Under the pieces are notes generated by a model that was not told where the DNA came from, did no database searches, and worked only from the letters and a program-made list of their open reading frames with translations. This document shows, one piece after another, positions 62,689 to 64,000 of a DNA stretch of 64,000 bases. This stretch comes from Dipteris shenzhenensis (taxonomy: Eukaryota), in NCBI GenBank assembly GCA_047967505.1, contig CM106538.1; one strand, 5' to 3'. Numbering within the stretch: the first letter of the stretch is position 1; each line of letters begins with the position of its first letter. The translations under genes were made by a program, and so were the position numbers.

Positions 62689-62736
62689 CAGTCGTTCTAG
62701 TACATAGACTCCATACTGATCCAAGGCCAGCATTAC
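62689..62736 (-). CDS. Host gene exon (PUF-like repeat): VMLALDQYGVYVLERL
   Basis: gtgcag|GTA acceptor, CTG|gttggt donor, 48 nt, phase 0. LALDQYGVYVLE resembles the Pumilio repeat consensus LAxDQYGNYVVQ. Confidence 0.7.
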
Positions 62737-64000
62737 CTGCACATTAAAGGGAAACATCCTTTAAAAGTTAATCCACAAAATTTAAGGAATGGTGATGATG
62801 CCACTGACACGGGAACAGATGACCATAATTACAATCAAACAAATTGCTCATCCCAGATGAATTTTTGTTGCTGTTTCTCATTCAGAGATTTCAGAAGTAG
62901 ATACACACCATTTCAACTACTGTAAAAGATTCACCACCAATTTAAATATGCTTTCTGGGGCTGCTAAGAAGGCTCCTCAATAATGACAGGCTATACACCT
63001 ACTTCGGTTAATGAGATCCATGGACGATATCATTGCCTCTTCTTCAAGAGGGGCACAGCTTTGGAACACTCTTGATTGCTCCACTTCCATGACGAGGTAT
63101 GTGTTGGCCTCTACCTTATTGAGGTGCAGCGGCACAGAGAGACTCTACTAAGGCAAATCAGATAGCAGGAGTGAGGTGACAGTGCCATAGGAGACGGGGT
63201 AGGTCGAGCACAGCAACATGTCACAGATTTCTACACGTTTGAGTCAGCAAAGCACGCATGATGGAGGTCCAACCTATCTCAGCTCTCCTCATAGGGACCG
63301 TCAGAGCAGAGGTGCCACTCTTGATATGGCTCACCCTGGAAAATGTAACCAAAAGCCACCCTATGAGAATAAAAGTGCCAGAGAAAGGTGGAAAGCAATA
63401 AGAGAGAACAAACAAAAGAAAGTAAAAGAGAAAAAGTGTAAGAGGGGCCCGAAAAAGGTCAGGCAGCAAGTAAACATGAAGGTCAAGCAAGGGACCAAGA
63501 ACGAAAGATGGGGAATCAAAAGAGAAGGTGACACACAAGGTCATGACAAGAAGGTAACTCACCCAAAAAAGGCAGGCAAAAGCTGATGTACACAAAGCAC
63601 AAGATGCTAGTGACCAGTAGGATTAATAAAGAGAAGCAATACAAACATGGCACCATAAAAAGGCGGGATAAAATAAAATGTAGAAGAGGCATATATAAGG
63701 GTTAGCAGACCTAAGAGGCATATATATATACATATATATGACAAAATAACTTTAAGGGTTAGCAGACCTATCAAAGGAGGGGAAGGCAGCTAAGAATGAG
63801 GCAAATGGTGCAATGGCCTAAGGTCAAGAAACCTATAAAAGGAGGAGAAGGCAGTTAAGAATGAGACAAATGGTGTAATGATGAGAAATAAAGAGGCAAG
63901 ATGACACAGCAAAACAGTAAGAGGTTGTGTATGGGAAAGCAATAGTGAGGCTACTTGCCAGAAAGGTGTGCGGACAGGAAGAAAGAAACAAATGGGCAGT

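Overview
Eukaryotic, TE-dense land-plant DNA; the giant introns and element families suggest a fern or lycophyte (inference). The window lies inside one minus-strand host gene that the ORF track does not assemble. Seven exons can be joined with consistent splice phases (62736-62689, 62143-62000, 52401-52259, 24447-24327, 1950-1754, 1490-402, and tentatively 128 onward). They encode degenerate Pumilio/PUF-like repeats, a Ser/Pro-rich linker and the start of a C-terminal RING-like zinc finger. Introns of about 9.6, 27.8 and 22.4 kb are packed with nested retroelements: a complete Ty3 chromovirus, a complete but internally deleted Ty1/copia, a full-length L1-clade LINE with a 16-bp TSD, a Tat/Athila-like Ty3 remnant, RTEX-like and Penelope-like (Naiad/Chlamys-like) remnants, many LINE 3' ends and several hairpins. 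Most interesting: the PUF-RING host protein, an L1-clade family whose poly(A) tails all abut (GT)n microsatellites, the Penelope-like RT, and a possible degenerate Nudix-fold domain in LINE ORF1. Domain calls come from motif recognition by eye; no searches were run.
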